DNA of 64,000 nucleotides, from contig MU054001.1 of NCBI GenBank assembly GCA_013239625.1, positions 2,982,151 to 3,046,150 of the forward strand, read 5' to 3'. Shown here in pieces: positions 38,185-50,440 of this stretch. The stretch comes from Lama guanicoe. Taxonomy: Eukaryota. Position 1 is the first letter of the stretch, and each line of letters begins with the position of its first letter. The notes beneath the pieces are model-generated. The model worked only from the letters and a program-made list of their open reading frames with translations, had not been told where the DNA came from and searched no databases. The position numbers were made by a program, and so were the translations under genes.

Positions 38185-39029
38185 TGTCATGAGTGCTGCT
38201 CACCAAATATTTCTGGCTTTCCTCCGTCCAGGTGCCTGGTGTGATTACACCTCCCTGCCTCCTTTCAAGTTAGAATGGTCATGAGATTAGCTTTGACCAA
38301 AGCCAGTGTGGGGTGGACCATGCCCCCTTCCTCTGCTGTTGTGATCATGGGAGCATATGTTGAGGAGATGCCTTTAGCTGGGGCTTCTGAGTGATTTACA
38401 TGTCTTGATCTCCTGCTAACTTGAATTGGCCATGGAACATGAAGGAGAAGTGAACTTTGATTGTGCTAGTCAATGAGAATTGGCAGCTTATTAGTCAGTT
38501 CTCCAGAGAAACAGAACCAATAGGAATGAAGATGTATATATACATACATATACATATACATACGTACTCTCTCAATGAGTGAATATGTAATCTCAATAGG
38601 TAGATAGATAGATAGATAGATAAAGAGAGAGAGATTTATTTTAAAAAATTGGCTTAGGTGATTATGAGACTGGCAAGTCTAAAATTTGTAGGGAAGGGTC
38701 ATGGGGTGGACAATCTGGCAGGAATCAGTGATACAGTGAGGCTGGCAATGTTATAGGTACTCTGGAGGTAGAATCTCTTCCCTTTTGGGAGACCTCAGCC
38801 TTTTCTCTTAAGGCCTTGCATTGAAAGGCCCACCCACATTATTGAGGACACTCTGCTTTACTCAAAGTCTACTGATGTAAGTGTTAATATCTAAAAGATC
38901 ACTTCAGAGGAACATCTAGAATGGCGTTTGGCCAAACAACAGAGCACCATAGCCTAGCCAAGCTGACCCATAAAATTATTGCAAGGGCTGTTTGTTACCA
39001 CAGCAGTACTCGGTCGCTCCTGACTGACA
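38185..39029 (+). mobile_element. MaLR LTR (MLT1I/J-like) split by an MLT2 insertion
   Basis: 5' part 38185-38487 (ctgctcaccaaatatttctggc...ttcaagttagaatggtcatgagattagctttgaccaa) and 3' end 38983-39029 (gggctgtttgttaccacagcag...cctgactgaca). Confidence 0.7.
38488..38982 (-). mobile_element. ERVL solo LTR (MLT2-type)
   Basis: tattagtcagttctccagagaaacagaaccaatagga, (TACA)n/(GATA)n tract, gagatttattttaaaaaattggc, aggcccacccacattattgagg, gcctagccaagctgacccataaaatta. Confidence 0.9.
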
Positions 39030-39436
39030 CTTGCTCCTATGCCTCATCCTCTCCAAAGGGAATGGAGTTTAGACTCAATAAACAAAACACTGTCATTATG
39101 AGGGCTCTGCTTTTTTAAAATGTTAATTTATTTCTTTAAAAAAATATGACTTGCCATTGGTCCTTGTTCATGAAACTGTGGATGGCTACTAGAGAATCAC
39201 AGGGCACACTCTAAGCAGCAGACAGATATACAAGTAGATACCAGTCACATCTGGCTACAGAATCCAAGTACACTCTAAAAGTGATAAACTGGCATCTGAA
39301 TAGTGAGTGAGCAATCTAAGAGGATCTGCTAAAAAATACTTGGTCCGTAAATGGGTTAACAGGGATTCAAGTTCTTAGGAGAGTGCTAATGAAATAGTCA
39401 GAGAAAGGATGTTCAAAATGATCTCACCTGGCTGTG

Positions 39437-39450
39437 GTTGCTATGGAAAC
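39437..39450. promoter_or_regulatory. RFX X-box motif
   Basis: GTTGCTATGGAAAC matches GTTRCYATGGNAAC; lies in non-repetitive sequence. Confidence 0.45.
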
Positions 39451-39958
39451 TTGTTTCTCTTATTTATGTTTCTCTTCCCCCTCTTCAAATTACTAATAGT
39501 AATAATTTTTCCAGTTATTAAAAAAGTCAGGGAATGGGCCATGTGAACTCAGGCAAGAAATGAAAAGAGGGAGGGAGAGAAAAGAGTGTTCAATAGAAAA
39601 AGAGCTGCATAACTGAAACAGTTTCAATTAGCCGGTAGGTTGCTTCCCCCACTTAGATGTAAATGTTTGGTGGTTTGGGATTACAAAGAAAGTTGGGGAA
39701 ATGCTTCTAATTTGAGAAGGAAATTCTTCAAAGATGTCCACTCTTTATTTTCTATAAGACTAAGACCTCAAAATGCACCCTCCTCAGAAAAGATTTACAC
39801 ATCGGTTTGAATGTTTAAATCTCATTTCTTCTCCCCAAGCATACATGTATCCTTATCTGTAACCACTCCCTCCATCACTTCATACCAATACACCACCACT
39901 AGCAATTGTGTCTTTCTTGATGTCAGCATGCTTGACTTAGATTGTTAAGTGTCTAGAC

Positions 39959-40123
39959 CAATGGTTCTTCGGTGTCTGAGGTCATAGACACTCTTGGGAA
40001 TTTCACATAATCAACTATCTCCTTGCAAAGTGTGTGTGGGCACAGTCAAGCAGAAGTTGGCAGTTTCATAAGATTTATGGACTTCCTGAAGTCCATTCAA
40101 AAACTTCAAGTGGAGAACCATTG
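39959..40123. mobile_element. Short hAT-Charlie-type MITE
   Basis: Perfect 10-bp terminal inverted repeat caatggttct / agaaccattg, preceded by gtctagac (NTCTAGAN-type hAT target). Confidence 0.7.
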
Positions 40124-40534
40124 TCTTAAAGGAAAGGTACCGTGCAGATGTGTAGTTGTTGGACCAATGGGGTTGGGGAATAATTTCATTTTCTTGTGAA
40201 CTGCTTATATACCTTGTTCTAAGACTACATTCCCTACTTTAACACAAAGAGATTTCTTTTTATGTAGATAATGGGTTTAAGACATTAGTAGGAACATTAA
40301 TCAAAGCATTATTGCCAGTCTTCTAAAGGACAGTAGATAATGTAGGTATACAAAATTGGGCTGTAGATGAACTGAGTCAAGTGGATAAGGACTTACAAAA
40401 GTTGTGGGGACAAAATCTTTTTACATGCCTCTCCCCTTGCCCCAACTCCTGCCAGAACTTATCTTTTTCTATTATATATTATAGTAACATAAACAATGCA
40501 TAAAAAAGTTTTATCAAGAGAAAATGAAAGGAAG

Positions 40535-40770
40535 CAGCATTTACTAAGCCTCTGCCTCATGCTAGTCATACATAATATCTCATTTTACTCCCACTACAAC
40601 CTAAGAGGTAGGTTTCATTGTCCCCATTTTACAGACAAAGAAACTGCACTTCCGAAAATTGAAGTTAACTCATCCCAGCTCACCTGACTCATACGTGGAA
40701 GGTATGGCATTTTTAATCAAGATCTGTCTGGGTCCCATTCTTATGTGTGGTTACACCACACTTTCTCCAC
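40535..40770 (-). mobile_element. MIR SINE
   Basis: atctcattttactcccactacaacctaagaggtagg...tccccattttacagacaaagaaactg. Confidence 0.8.
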
Positions 40771-40869
40771 AAGACGAGATCCAGTATGGAAGTATACTTC
40801 CATGGGGGAAGGCTGGCTTCCCTGAACAGACTCCCTTTCAGACAGACTGGATTAAGAACCTCTTCTAAC

Positions 40870-41080
40870 AGTGTATGGTGGTTTCAAGGTTTGAAGTCCA
40901 AAAAAGAGGGTTCTTACTAACATACAATTTATTTACCATCTATAGGCCTCAGTTTTCCCATCTATACAATGGAGATCATGATAGAACCTAATGCAGGACA
41001 TTCAAAGGGACTATATAAAATAATATATCATAGAAAACAACGTGCTTAGCACCATGCCTGTCTCATAGTAAGGATTCAGA
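40870..41080 (+). mobile_element. MIR SINE
   Basis: ggcctcagttttcccatctatacaatggagatcatgatagaaccta...gtgcttagcaccatgcctg. Confidence 0.8.
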
Positions 41081-41535
41081 TACTGATTATCGGTATTCTT
41101 GTTCCCTGTGGAAGCTTCTATTGCCAAAAATCAAGATGTACTGTATCCTTCAGATCCATCAGGACACATTGTAGTCCTGAAGTCAAAGCAGTGTGGCCAA
41201 GGGTGATCTTTGTCTTGCTCTGCTCTGCTCTGGGTAGTATCTGAGATCCATTGGTCATGTAGATTAAACTCAAAAGTTTTCCCCAGCTAGCCTGTTGTAA
41301 CGTTATCTGTAGCAGCTTAAAAGAAGTTCAGAGATTTTCCATTTTTCCAAGAGCTACACCTTAATTTATTCAACATTTATTTTTGAAATAATTTCCCCCT
41401 ATTATAAATACAATATATTTGTTCAATTTTTAAATTCATTACCAACATACACTTGTCTGCAGTCTCTGTTACTCTGTGCAGTCTCTGTTACTCTGTACAA
41501 TCTCTTAGATTCAGTCCAAAACTCTCACTTATCTT

Positions 41536-41712
41536 TTTTTTAAATTGAATTACAGTCAGTTACAATGTGTCAATTTCTGGTGTACAGCACAATGTCCCAG
41601 TCATGCATATACATACATACATAATGTTTTCATATGCTTCTTCATTAAGGGTTATTACAAGATAGCGAATATAGTTCTCTGTGCTATACAGAAGAAATTT
41701 TTAAAAATCTAC
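41536..41712 (-). mobile_element. Young 5'-truncated L1 3'-end (artiodactyl/camelid-type) with TSD
   Basis: acagtcagttacaatgtgtcaatttctggtgtacagcacaatgtcccagtcatg; 12-bp TSD ctcacttatctt at 41524-41535 and 41713-41724. Confidence 0.9.
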
Positions 41713-42074
41713 CTCACTTATCTTGTCTGCTGGAAACTATAAGAATTTGAATTTACAATGCCTGACTCTCAGCCTTATCTTTAAAAAAGAAAATAAACAT
41801 TTCAAGTTACTTCACCAGGAAGGTGGGACATCCTGGAAAATTTAGTACATGTAGGAAAAAAAGCTCTTTTATACAATTCCATCCTTGATTTTTTCTCTTT
41901 CATTTAGCCCAAAAGAGAATAAAGAGCCTCAGTATAAATTCTGCTCTTAGAACTCATAAAGTTAAAAGTAAGCAATTATATGTCATTTTACAAGATAAAT
42001 ACTAAAATAAATTGCAATGGGTTGAATAGTTAAAATATTTATAAAGGCATAGAGAAAAGACCAGAAAATACACA

Positions 42075-42076
<2 letters not shown>

Positions 42077-42105
<29 letters not shown>
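42077..42105. repeat. (CA)n microsatellite
   Basis: Direct reading. Confidence 0.95.
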
Positions 42106-42106
<1 letters not shown>

Positions 42107-42359
42107 ACTTTTGTTTTAACTTGGGTCATTCCCTGAGAGATGTTACTGGATACAGGGAAGGGAAGGAAATTTTGGTCTGATGCAATTCTGTATCATCTGA
42201 GTTTATTTCAAAGAATTTCAGCAATTTCTTGAGGGTTATGAATAAGTTTAAAAAGGCATCCTGTTGAAAAGTTTTCAACTGGCAAAATATCATGAGAATT
42301 GTCATTAAATATTAATTTCTGTATTTTAATTAATCAATCCTTTATTCTTACATATAGAA

Positions 42360-43590
42360 ATGTTTTTTGGTTAGTTTTTGTTTTTTTACTGCATTTAGTA
42401 TTCCAAACAATAGTTCAACAAATATCCTTATATTTATATACATGATTATTTCCTTAGATAAATTCTAGAGGTGGCATCACTGGACTTACAGGCATGCCCA
42501 TATCAAAGCTATTATCTTAAAAAATGCTGTATCCATTTATATTTTAATCAATAGTGTGTGAGAATTTCCATTTTCTCAAATCCTCATTAACTATTATAAT
42601 TTTTGAATGCCTTTTGAATAGGTAAATTATTTGTCATTATATTATTTCTTCGTGTCTTCAACTTTTTCTTATTGAATTGTTAAAACTAGTTATATGTTGA
42701 GCATATTAACCCTTTGTTTAATATGCATTATATATTATGTATTGAATACATTTAAATACATCATCTCATTTATCCTTCCTCAGTCATAATTTTTGATGTT
42801 TTTATGTGTAGATATCTTTTGCATTTACATAGTAAACATTATTAGTGTTTTTTTTAAGTATAATCAGTTTACAATGTTGTGTCAATTTCTGGTGTACAGC
42901 ATAATACTTCAGTCATATAGGAATATACGTATATTTGCTTTCATATTCTTTTTCCCCATAACTTACTACATGATATTGAATATAGTTCCCTGTGCTATAC
43001 AGTATAAACTTGTTTCTCTATTATATACATATCAGTTAGTATCTGCAAACATTATTAGTTTATATTATTATTGCCCTAGGATGCATGCTTCCCAATCCAA
43101 AATTATATAACCCCCCACCTTTGTATTACTAGAGAGTACTCTTTCCTTATTTTACTCTTATAAATGTCTTTTATCTGAAATGTATTCTTTCACCTATGTG
43201 AATCAGGGACTTCCTTTTCTCTGCTCCTTCAAATGAATAGCCAGTTGCCACAATACAAAAATTATTGAATAATACATCACATCTTCTTTTGACTTAAATA
43301 TCACTTTTATTATATACTAAATTTTTATATTTATTTGGGAATGTTTCCAGGACTTCTATTGTTTCATTGATCCTATACCAGCACCATATTAATGCTATAA
43401 CATTATGGTATGTTTGAATTGGTTGTAGGAGAAATTCTCCCCTATTACTCTTCTTTTCCAAACATTCTTGGTTACTCTTATGTATCTATTCTTCCTCGTA
43501 AGCTTTAGAGTTATTTTTTAAAGTTAAAAAATGGAAAATTTAATTGAGATTCATTTATGGTCTAATTTAGAGAGAATGTAATTGTTAGTG
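42360..43590 (-). mobile_element. Old L1M ORF2/3' relic, interrupted by a young L1 tail
   Basis: tttccttagataaattctagaggtggcatcactgg, gccagttgccacaatac, ttctattgtttcattgatcc, ttactcttcttttccaaacattcttgg. Confidence 0.75.
42847..43046 (-). mobile_element. Young 5'-truncated L1 3'-end (artiodactyl/camelid-type) with TSD
   Basis: aagtataatcagtttacaatgttgtgtcaatttctggtgtacagcataatacttcagtc; 13-bp TSD aaacattattagt at 42834-42846 and 43047-43059. Confidence 0.92.
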
Positions 43591-44456
43591 TAATTAAGTC
43601 ACCTTTCTAGGTTCCTGGAAAATAAACAGTGTTTTGTAAAAGCTGATTACTTTTTAATGCCCCTGAGAGTGTGGATATAAAATTGCACTAGTTTTAGACT
43701 CCTTTTTTACAAGTTTTCATGTAGCAAGTCATGCAGAAGAAATGGCAGATATCCACTAGAAAGATTAGTGAAAGAAAATGAAGTTTTATTTGGGAAAGAA
43801 AAATTTTAACTAATAAAAAGACCTGGAAAGAGATCCCATTTTGGCCGATGACTACCTGGACAATACTTTGTTCTTAGAATGTGACTGTCTAGCCCTCTTC
43901 CTTTCTTCTTGCTATGCTCCAAAGAGCAAATATTTGGTATTTAGGAGTCTTTTTTTCTTTTGACTTGAAAAGCCTTACATCAATGATTTTGCCATTGCTT
44001 TGAAACTAATCTTCTAAAGATAGAGAAGAAATAGTTCTAAAAAAGCAAATTAAATTGCACTTTTAAAAAAAGATTTTATTATTTCTGCTGTTACTTAAGA
44101 ATGGTGAGAAAGTTTTACAGTCTTGTGGAAAAGTGATGTAGCATTTCTTCCACAAACTACAAAAAGTGGGTAATCTCTTTAAATCGTTACCTGATACTTT
44201 CATAATTGTCTGGAAGTGTGTGGAGAGAAGAGTGAGTAAGGTGGCCTTGAGATGAAAAAAGCAGGGGAAAACCTTCTAAGAATCAGATAAACAAGTGGAA
44301 CAGGAGATTTTGGTACCCAAGGTCAAAATCTGTTGTTAAAAGTCACAAATAGCACTGGGTAGTATTTTATAGAGAGTAAAAATATTAAGATGATAATTTT
44401 CCAATGTAACATTCATTTCTTATATATATTTTAAAAGAGATCAACTTAAGATGCAA

Positions 44457-44712
44457 GATCTCCTTTCTCCTCAGAGCCCCACCCCCACCCACCCAGGACC
44501 TCCTTTTTCCTCAGAGAGCCCTCCATTCATTCTCAGAGTCTGCTCAAGACCTCCTTTCTCCTCAGAGCATCCTTTCGTTCTCTCTCCTCAAAGTGCCCGC
44601 AGGACCTCCTTTTTCATCAGCGCACTCTCACGATCTCATTTCTCCTCAGAGACCACCTCCCCCCAACATCTTTCTCCTCAGAGTAACCTCAGGACTTCCT
44701 TTCTCCTCAGAA
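44457..44712 (+). repeat. Degenerate minisatellite: 9 copies of about 20-bp GACCTCCTTTCTCCTCAGAG with variable spacers
   Basis: Units begin at about 44457, 44497, 44518, 44548, 44575, 44603, 44632, 44665 and 44693. Confidence 0.9.
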
Positions 44713-46334
44713 TGCCCTTAGGCAAAATCTCTCAGCCAAGGGAGTTAGTTTTGATTTTTTTTATTAAATAAAATGCTAGAAGTTCTTAAGATGTATTTTA
44801 TTTGTCTGACTTAAGAAAACTAAGACATGTTCAGAAACTTGCTGTCTTGATTCTACCATAAAGATTCAAGTTAGATGCATTTTTACATAGCAACACGAGG
44901 TAATTCCATGGTTCTCCCCCTAAATTCCCAGCACTCCCCTGGGTCTTTCTCTGCGTGTTGTCTGTCTCCGATAGACTGGGGGTGGGTGGGTGTCTGAGTG
45001 TGTGAAATCTCCAAGTGGATTTTTTTTCAGTTAATAGTGATGTGTGATACAGTATTCACATGATCATCTTCTGATTTCTTAGACCTGAAATGGCCTATGG
45101 GAGCGCAATGGTGGGATTATGTTTATAACATTTTGGCAGCCATAGTGATCGGTTTGCAACCCAAGGAACAAACTTGGGTAATTAGATTTCCCCACTAAGG
45201 CCTGGCTATGTTAGCATATTGGATTTTCCGGAATGTGATAGCTTTCCAAAGAAATAGTTTCTACATGGATTTGACATCAGATTTTTTTTGATAAATATAT
45301 GAGAGAAAAGGATCCATCTCTAATTTGTCTCTAGTGTTTACAGGTATCACTGTAAATGAAATGGCTATGCAAATAGGAAACACAATCGCTGAATTTGTTT
45401 TAGAGAGTTCTCTGTGTATAGAAATACAGCACTTATTTGTTGTACCTGGTGGCTATCAACTGCTCAAATTGTGCTGCAGACTCGTTCACAAGTTTGTTGA
45501 AGTTGCACATTATAATTTTAAAGGAGTTAATTGAATACTAATCCAATGCACAGCACAAAAAATTATTTGAACCATTCCAGGGAAAGCCAAAAATCCCACC
45601 AGCTGCCTTGGTCTTCGTAAATCCCTACCCCAGTGAAACTGAGAAAATGAATATTCAATACTTTTTCCATTTGAGTCTCTTGACATTCTATTGATTCACT
45701 TTATTTTCCCAACAATTTTCTGACAGGTTTCCCAATGTGGATTCTGTAAATTCTTTGATATTCATCTTGTGATTGCCTTTGAAAATGTGCACTGTGGCCA
45801 ACTTTGGGCTGGGGCTTAGAACTTAGGAGCCCCGAGCCCCTTAGTCCTCAGGAGCCAGCATATTTGTAGAATTTTACTGCGTTACCACGTGATCTTCAGA
45901 TCTGGGATAGAGTCAAACCTCAGAAATGGAAAGAGGTTCGAGAGTGCATGAAGCTTAAGCTATGCTTGTGAAGCAAGCTACTGTTCTGAAGGATCTCGGG
46001 GGCAGAGAGAAGTGGGGGACGGCTGGACCTGAAGATTATGCCGGTAGCAGAAAGGGAAGAAAGGAAGCTACTTAACAAAGAAAAAGTAGAACAAAGAAAC
46101 TAACAGGTGTGGCAGGAAGGTAGTATCTACCCCAAAAACATTTCTAAAGGGGATAGTCCATTGCATGTAGGAAGAGTGGTGATGACCTGTGTAGGAGAGA
46201 GTAGGAACAGGGGAGTCTTGTGCCTTTGCAGAATCTAAGAATCAGTCAGTGGCTCTCACTCACGATTTACTCAATTTTGTACCTCCTAGAGTCTAGCTCC
46301 GAGCATTGCATATAGTAGCAATGATATGTACTGT

Positions 46335-46460
46335 GGTTATCCCCATTTTACAGATGAGGAAACTGAGGCACACAGGGGCTTAGTAAGGGAGTGGTGGAGG
46401 AAGAAGCAAAACGCAGTTAAGAGTGACTCCAAAGTCCATGCATTTCACCACTGACCTGCC
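46335..46460 (-). mobile_element. MIR SINE
   Basis: ttatccccattttacagatgaggaaactgaggcacacag. Confidence 0.9.
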
Positions 46461-47894
46461 TGCCTCCCACCCAGTGAGAGAATAGATATCCTTGCCTTTG
46501 GCGGGGGTGAGCATTCAGTTAATAACTGGAGATTGACGTAGGGCACGTCTACTTCTCAAACTCATCACAAGCAGTGCCTCCAGATCCCGGGTGGGAGAGG
46601 CATGGCTCAGAGTGATTGAAAGCACTGTTGCTGAAAAGTCTGGGCAGAGGGAGGGGGCCGCTGTACCTCCCAGGCCCTTGGTTGACAGTCTGGCATCTGG
46701 AAGACAGTGAGCAAAACCCCTGACTACAGCTGCTCATCTCCCAAGTGGGTGTCCACAGAGATTAATTTTGTCAAAGTGTGAGCTCTCAGGCAACATGGGA
46801 GCCCAGGCGTGTTAGCTGTCACCCGATGGCTCTGTAAACACGAGGGAAGGGTGCTGGGTGGCCACATCCCGGGACCTTCTGTCTGGGTGGCTGTCTCCTC
46901 GAGAGAAAAGTTTTGCTCCTCCAAGACTGGGATGGAAAACTTTCACCTCCTACCAAGTCTGGTGCCCCCCAGTCTGCAAAGCCTCAGATGGGGTACAGAG
47001 CGATTTCATCTTAAGTCAGAAACAGAGGGGACACAGAGGTTAACAGACAAATAGCTGTAATGTGAGCAGACTTATTTAATTTAAAAAAATTTTTTAAAAA
47101 ACCCTCCCCTAATGACTTGGTGATTTTCACAGTAGTAAATGTGCTGACTTAAAAAATCCGTGGGAGGTCAATAATTTTCCCTCTGCCTGTCACTGTGCTG
47201 ATTGTGGCTCCGATGCACCTTAATTACAGTACCTACAGGTGGAGTATTATACAGTGTTTACATTAATCAGAATAGATTTACTGAGGGAAATAAAACTGCC
47301 GGCTTCCTTAGAGCTGCACTCGTATCAGGCAGCTAGGGGGCTGGTGGGCCTCTGGGTTAATTCCCCGGGGCTTGGAGCCGAGATCCCACCTCATGGAGCC
47401 GATGGTCCCAGAGTATCTCCATTCCAAGCTGGAGTGCTATGCTGAACTAAGGAATCAGAGAAACTTCCAGAAACTGGATTTTCTGATGAGAAGGTGAAAG
47501 TGTGTGTGTGCGTGTGTGTGTATGTAGAAAAAGAGAGAGAAAATGAGAAAGACTGTGCAATTATTTAAAGAACCAACTTTCCATGGTCTGTGGCCATGGG
47601 GGACAAGAGGAACTCAAGTCACGGAAGGGCATATCTTGTCCCCCTACCCCCAGATCTCATTTCTATATAGGGGGGAAGAGGAGGGCAGAACCCCACTGGG
47701 AGCCCACGAAGGTGCACACCGCCATCCGGCTGAGGGTTGGGAGGAGGGTTTTGCTGTTGGTGGTGGTGATTTTTTTTCTAGTTTATTTTGTCTTGTGCAT
47801 TTTACATGAGGCTTTAGGGTAAAGTTGATTAGAAGAGAGGCCAACAGCCTCCACTGATCCAGAGGGACGGTTTAAGTCGGTGGTGACCGTCTTC

Positions 47895-48058
47895 AACTCT
47901 TCCCTTAATCTCTGCCCTTTACATTCCTCATCCACAAAATGGGTTTAATAGTAATATCTGCCTCACAAGGGCACTGTGGGTTTTTTTTTTAAATAATATG
48001 CATAAAGTGCCTGTAACAGTGCTTGGCACATGGCAGGGGCTCAGTTAAAGTTAGCTGT
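47895..48058 (+). mobile_element. MIR SINE
   Basis: ttcctcatccacaaaatgggtttaatagtaatatctgcctcacaagg...taaagtgcctgtaacagtgcttggcacatgg. Confidence 0.8.
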
Positions 48059-48094
48059 GATCGGATGTCGTGACCATGCACTTTTAGAGGCAAT

Positions 48095-48272
48095 GAAACT
48101 TAGTTTCTAGTCCTGTCTCTACTAGTTAACGGTAGCGGTGTTATCCATGTTACTAAACCTCTCTCAGCCTTAGTTTCCTCATCCATAAAGTGGAGATAAC
48201 AGTACCTTTCAGTGAGGGTTGTGTGCAAAGTGCTGTGCATACAGAGAGCACTCGTAAGTTTTAGTTATTATT
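48095..48272 (+). mobile_element. MIR SINE
   Basis: aacctctctcagccttagtttcctcatccataaagtggagataacagtacc. Confidence 0.8.
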
Positions 48273-48896
48273 AGCAACAAATCGGGGTGTTTTCTGATCT
48301 TTAGGAAGAGACACTGTGCGAAGTGCCTGATCAAGTAGTCAAAGTGACTTCTTCTCAAGGTGGTACTTTATTCTCTAGTCGTTCCCAGCAGGTCATGCTT
48401 GGGTTCTTAGTTAGATCTAGACTTGGCTAATGGAGTCCTGGGGCGTAAGCTCCATCCTCAAAGAGGAGCTTGCACAGGGCATGTGCCTGAGAGAGAAAGC
48501 CCCGAGGAGGGTTCTGAGGATGATACAGAGCTAGAGGAAAACATCTCCCTGGAAATAATCCACAAACATTTCAGAGCCAGTTCCCTGAATCAGCCCCGTT
48601 CAAGAAATGGACAAAGTGCTTGACAGTTTATATTTTCCAAAGAACTGACCCATCCATCTTTGGGAATCGCCTCCTTGTCACTACTGTGAACCAGAGTCGG
48701 GACGCCCTCGTGGCAGAGCCAGAACCAGCAGGCAGGGGTGGCTCAAGGGGACAAGTTTGAGACAGCTTGAGGCCCTCCAGTTCTGGGCTTTGGAACCATC
48801 CTCACCGTGGCTGAATGGCCTTTCTGCAGGAGTGATTTTAGGGTTAAAAAAAAGTCCAAAGAGGTGGGGGGGAGTGTGGAGAGAGAGGGAGTGAAA

Positions 48897-48912
48897 CCCG
48901 CCCGCCCCGCCC
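48897..48912. promoter_or_regulatory. Tandem GC-box (SP/KLF) cluster / G-quadruplex motif
   Basis: CCCGCCCGCCCCGCCC: overlapping CCGCCC sites; four G-runs with 1-nt loops on the minus strand. Confidence 0.4.
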
Positions 48913-50440
48913 TTCTCGCTCCATCCGGCCTCGTTTACTCTTCTTTTACATTTATTAGAGAAATGTGAACTCCAAGTGTGAAATGACAGAGTTCCCAGAC
49001 AGAAAAGGATTTTGCCGGCCTTTGCTGGATCTTCTCTTCTCTGTGTTGTCCATTACTTCAGCCTCTCTTCGCCCATCATCGCTGGAAAGCAAAATGCTCA
49101 CGGAGGCCCACCGTCACGCTAGAGCACTTGAATGATCTGAATGTAAAAGGTCCAGACCTTCAAACTATTACTTCTTGCTTCTGTGGCCTAATTAACCCCG
49201 CCCCTGTCCCCTCCCTGCCCACCCCCCAGCAGCTCCAGACTGGACTTGGCTTTGTGCGGAGGACATTGCATGGCCACACAGCCCCTGTCTCACCTGGAGA
49301 CCTTTTTGCCACTTGTAGAATTACATTGTTTCATTTCAGGGCTTGCAGCGAAAGCTGACTTTTTTTTTGCATTACTACTCATTCCATTCACACCTTTTTC
49401 CTTCCTTCCTCAGTGTGAGCTTTCGTAAGTTGGTTTCCGTGGCCAGATTGCTTGGGGGCAGGGGGATACAGCCAGCTATAGCACTGTACTGGGCACTCTT
49501 GGGGAACTTACAAAGGACTCAGATACAATTCCTGCTTCTCCGTTCCCATTAGAACTTCAACAAAATGATGTTAGCAGAGTAAATGGCTCACTGACGTTTA
49601 GCAATCTAGTGTTCTAGAACCAAAATGGATCTGAGGGATTATAAAAAATTAAGCTCTCAGTTTAAAAATAAGGACAGTGAGACTCAGAAGTGATGCAGAG
49701 TATGGCTGAGCTCAGTTCCTCATTACCTAGCCCCCAAATAAAGGCCTTCCCAAAGCTGCCCTGAGGTTTCCCATGATACAGAGTAACTGTTTAGCCATGA
49801 ATCTGGAGCATCATCTCAAGATACATAACTAACTTAAGTCCGTGATAAATATTAGAACATTTTAGGATGATCTGTTTAGTCTTTTAATCCAGATAAACAG
49901 TACCCTGTGTACAATAATGGCTTTAGAACTGTTGCTTTAATGGAGAGAGGAGAATAATTAACGTAGTATTTGCTTGTATGCGAGGTGGATGCTTTTGTGA
50001 TCAAAAACCCTTGGTAAAACAAAGTCCTCTAAGCCGTCATGCACAACGGTAGTAGAAAAAGAAAGTCCTGGGCTCTCTGGCAAGAAAAGGTTTGCTATGA
50101 AAAAATTCATTTGGGCAGGAAACTTCACATATTATAAACTAGTGGCATTTCCAAATGAGTGGCATTTTCCTTTATGGCCCTTTGAAGCGTGCATGGTCCC
50201 TCTGAAATGATTATATAAGGGACTGGTTTTATTATGGGAGCTCACTTGGTATCTCCGCCGCCGGTCGGCCTTCCTGGAGGAAGACAAGCAGTGTGGCTGA
50301 TTAAGAGGACCCACGCGGAATCTCTCAGCCTGATTTCTGGCCCTGGTGCTGCCTCTACACAGCTGTGTAACTGCGCTTATTCCTCTGCATCTGTGATCTT
50401 TAGTTTCCTGTCTAAAGTCTTGCACTAGAGAATCTCCAAT

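Noticed and set aside
44457..44712. CRISPR-like repeat-spacer appearance
   Set aside because: Mammalian DNA with no cas genes; repeats are degenerate and non-palindromic, and spacers are short (about 1-20 bp) and unequal.
44451..44771. 106-aa ORF with PPFSSE repeats
   Set aside because: Translation of the minisatellite; no recognisable domain or gene context.
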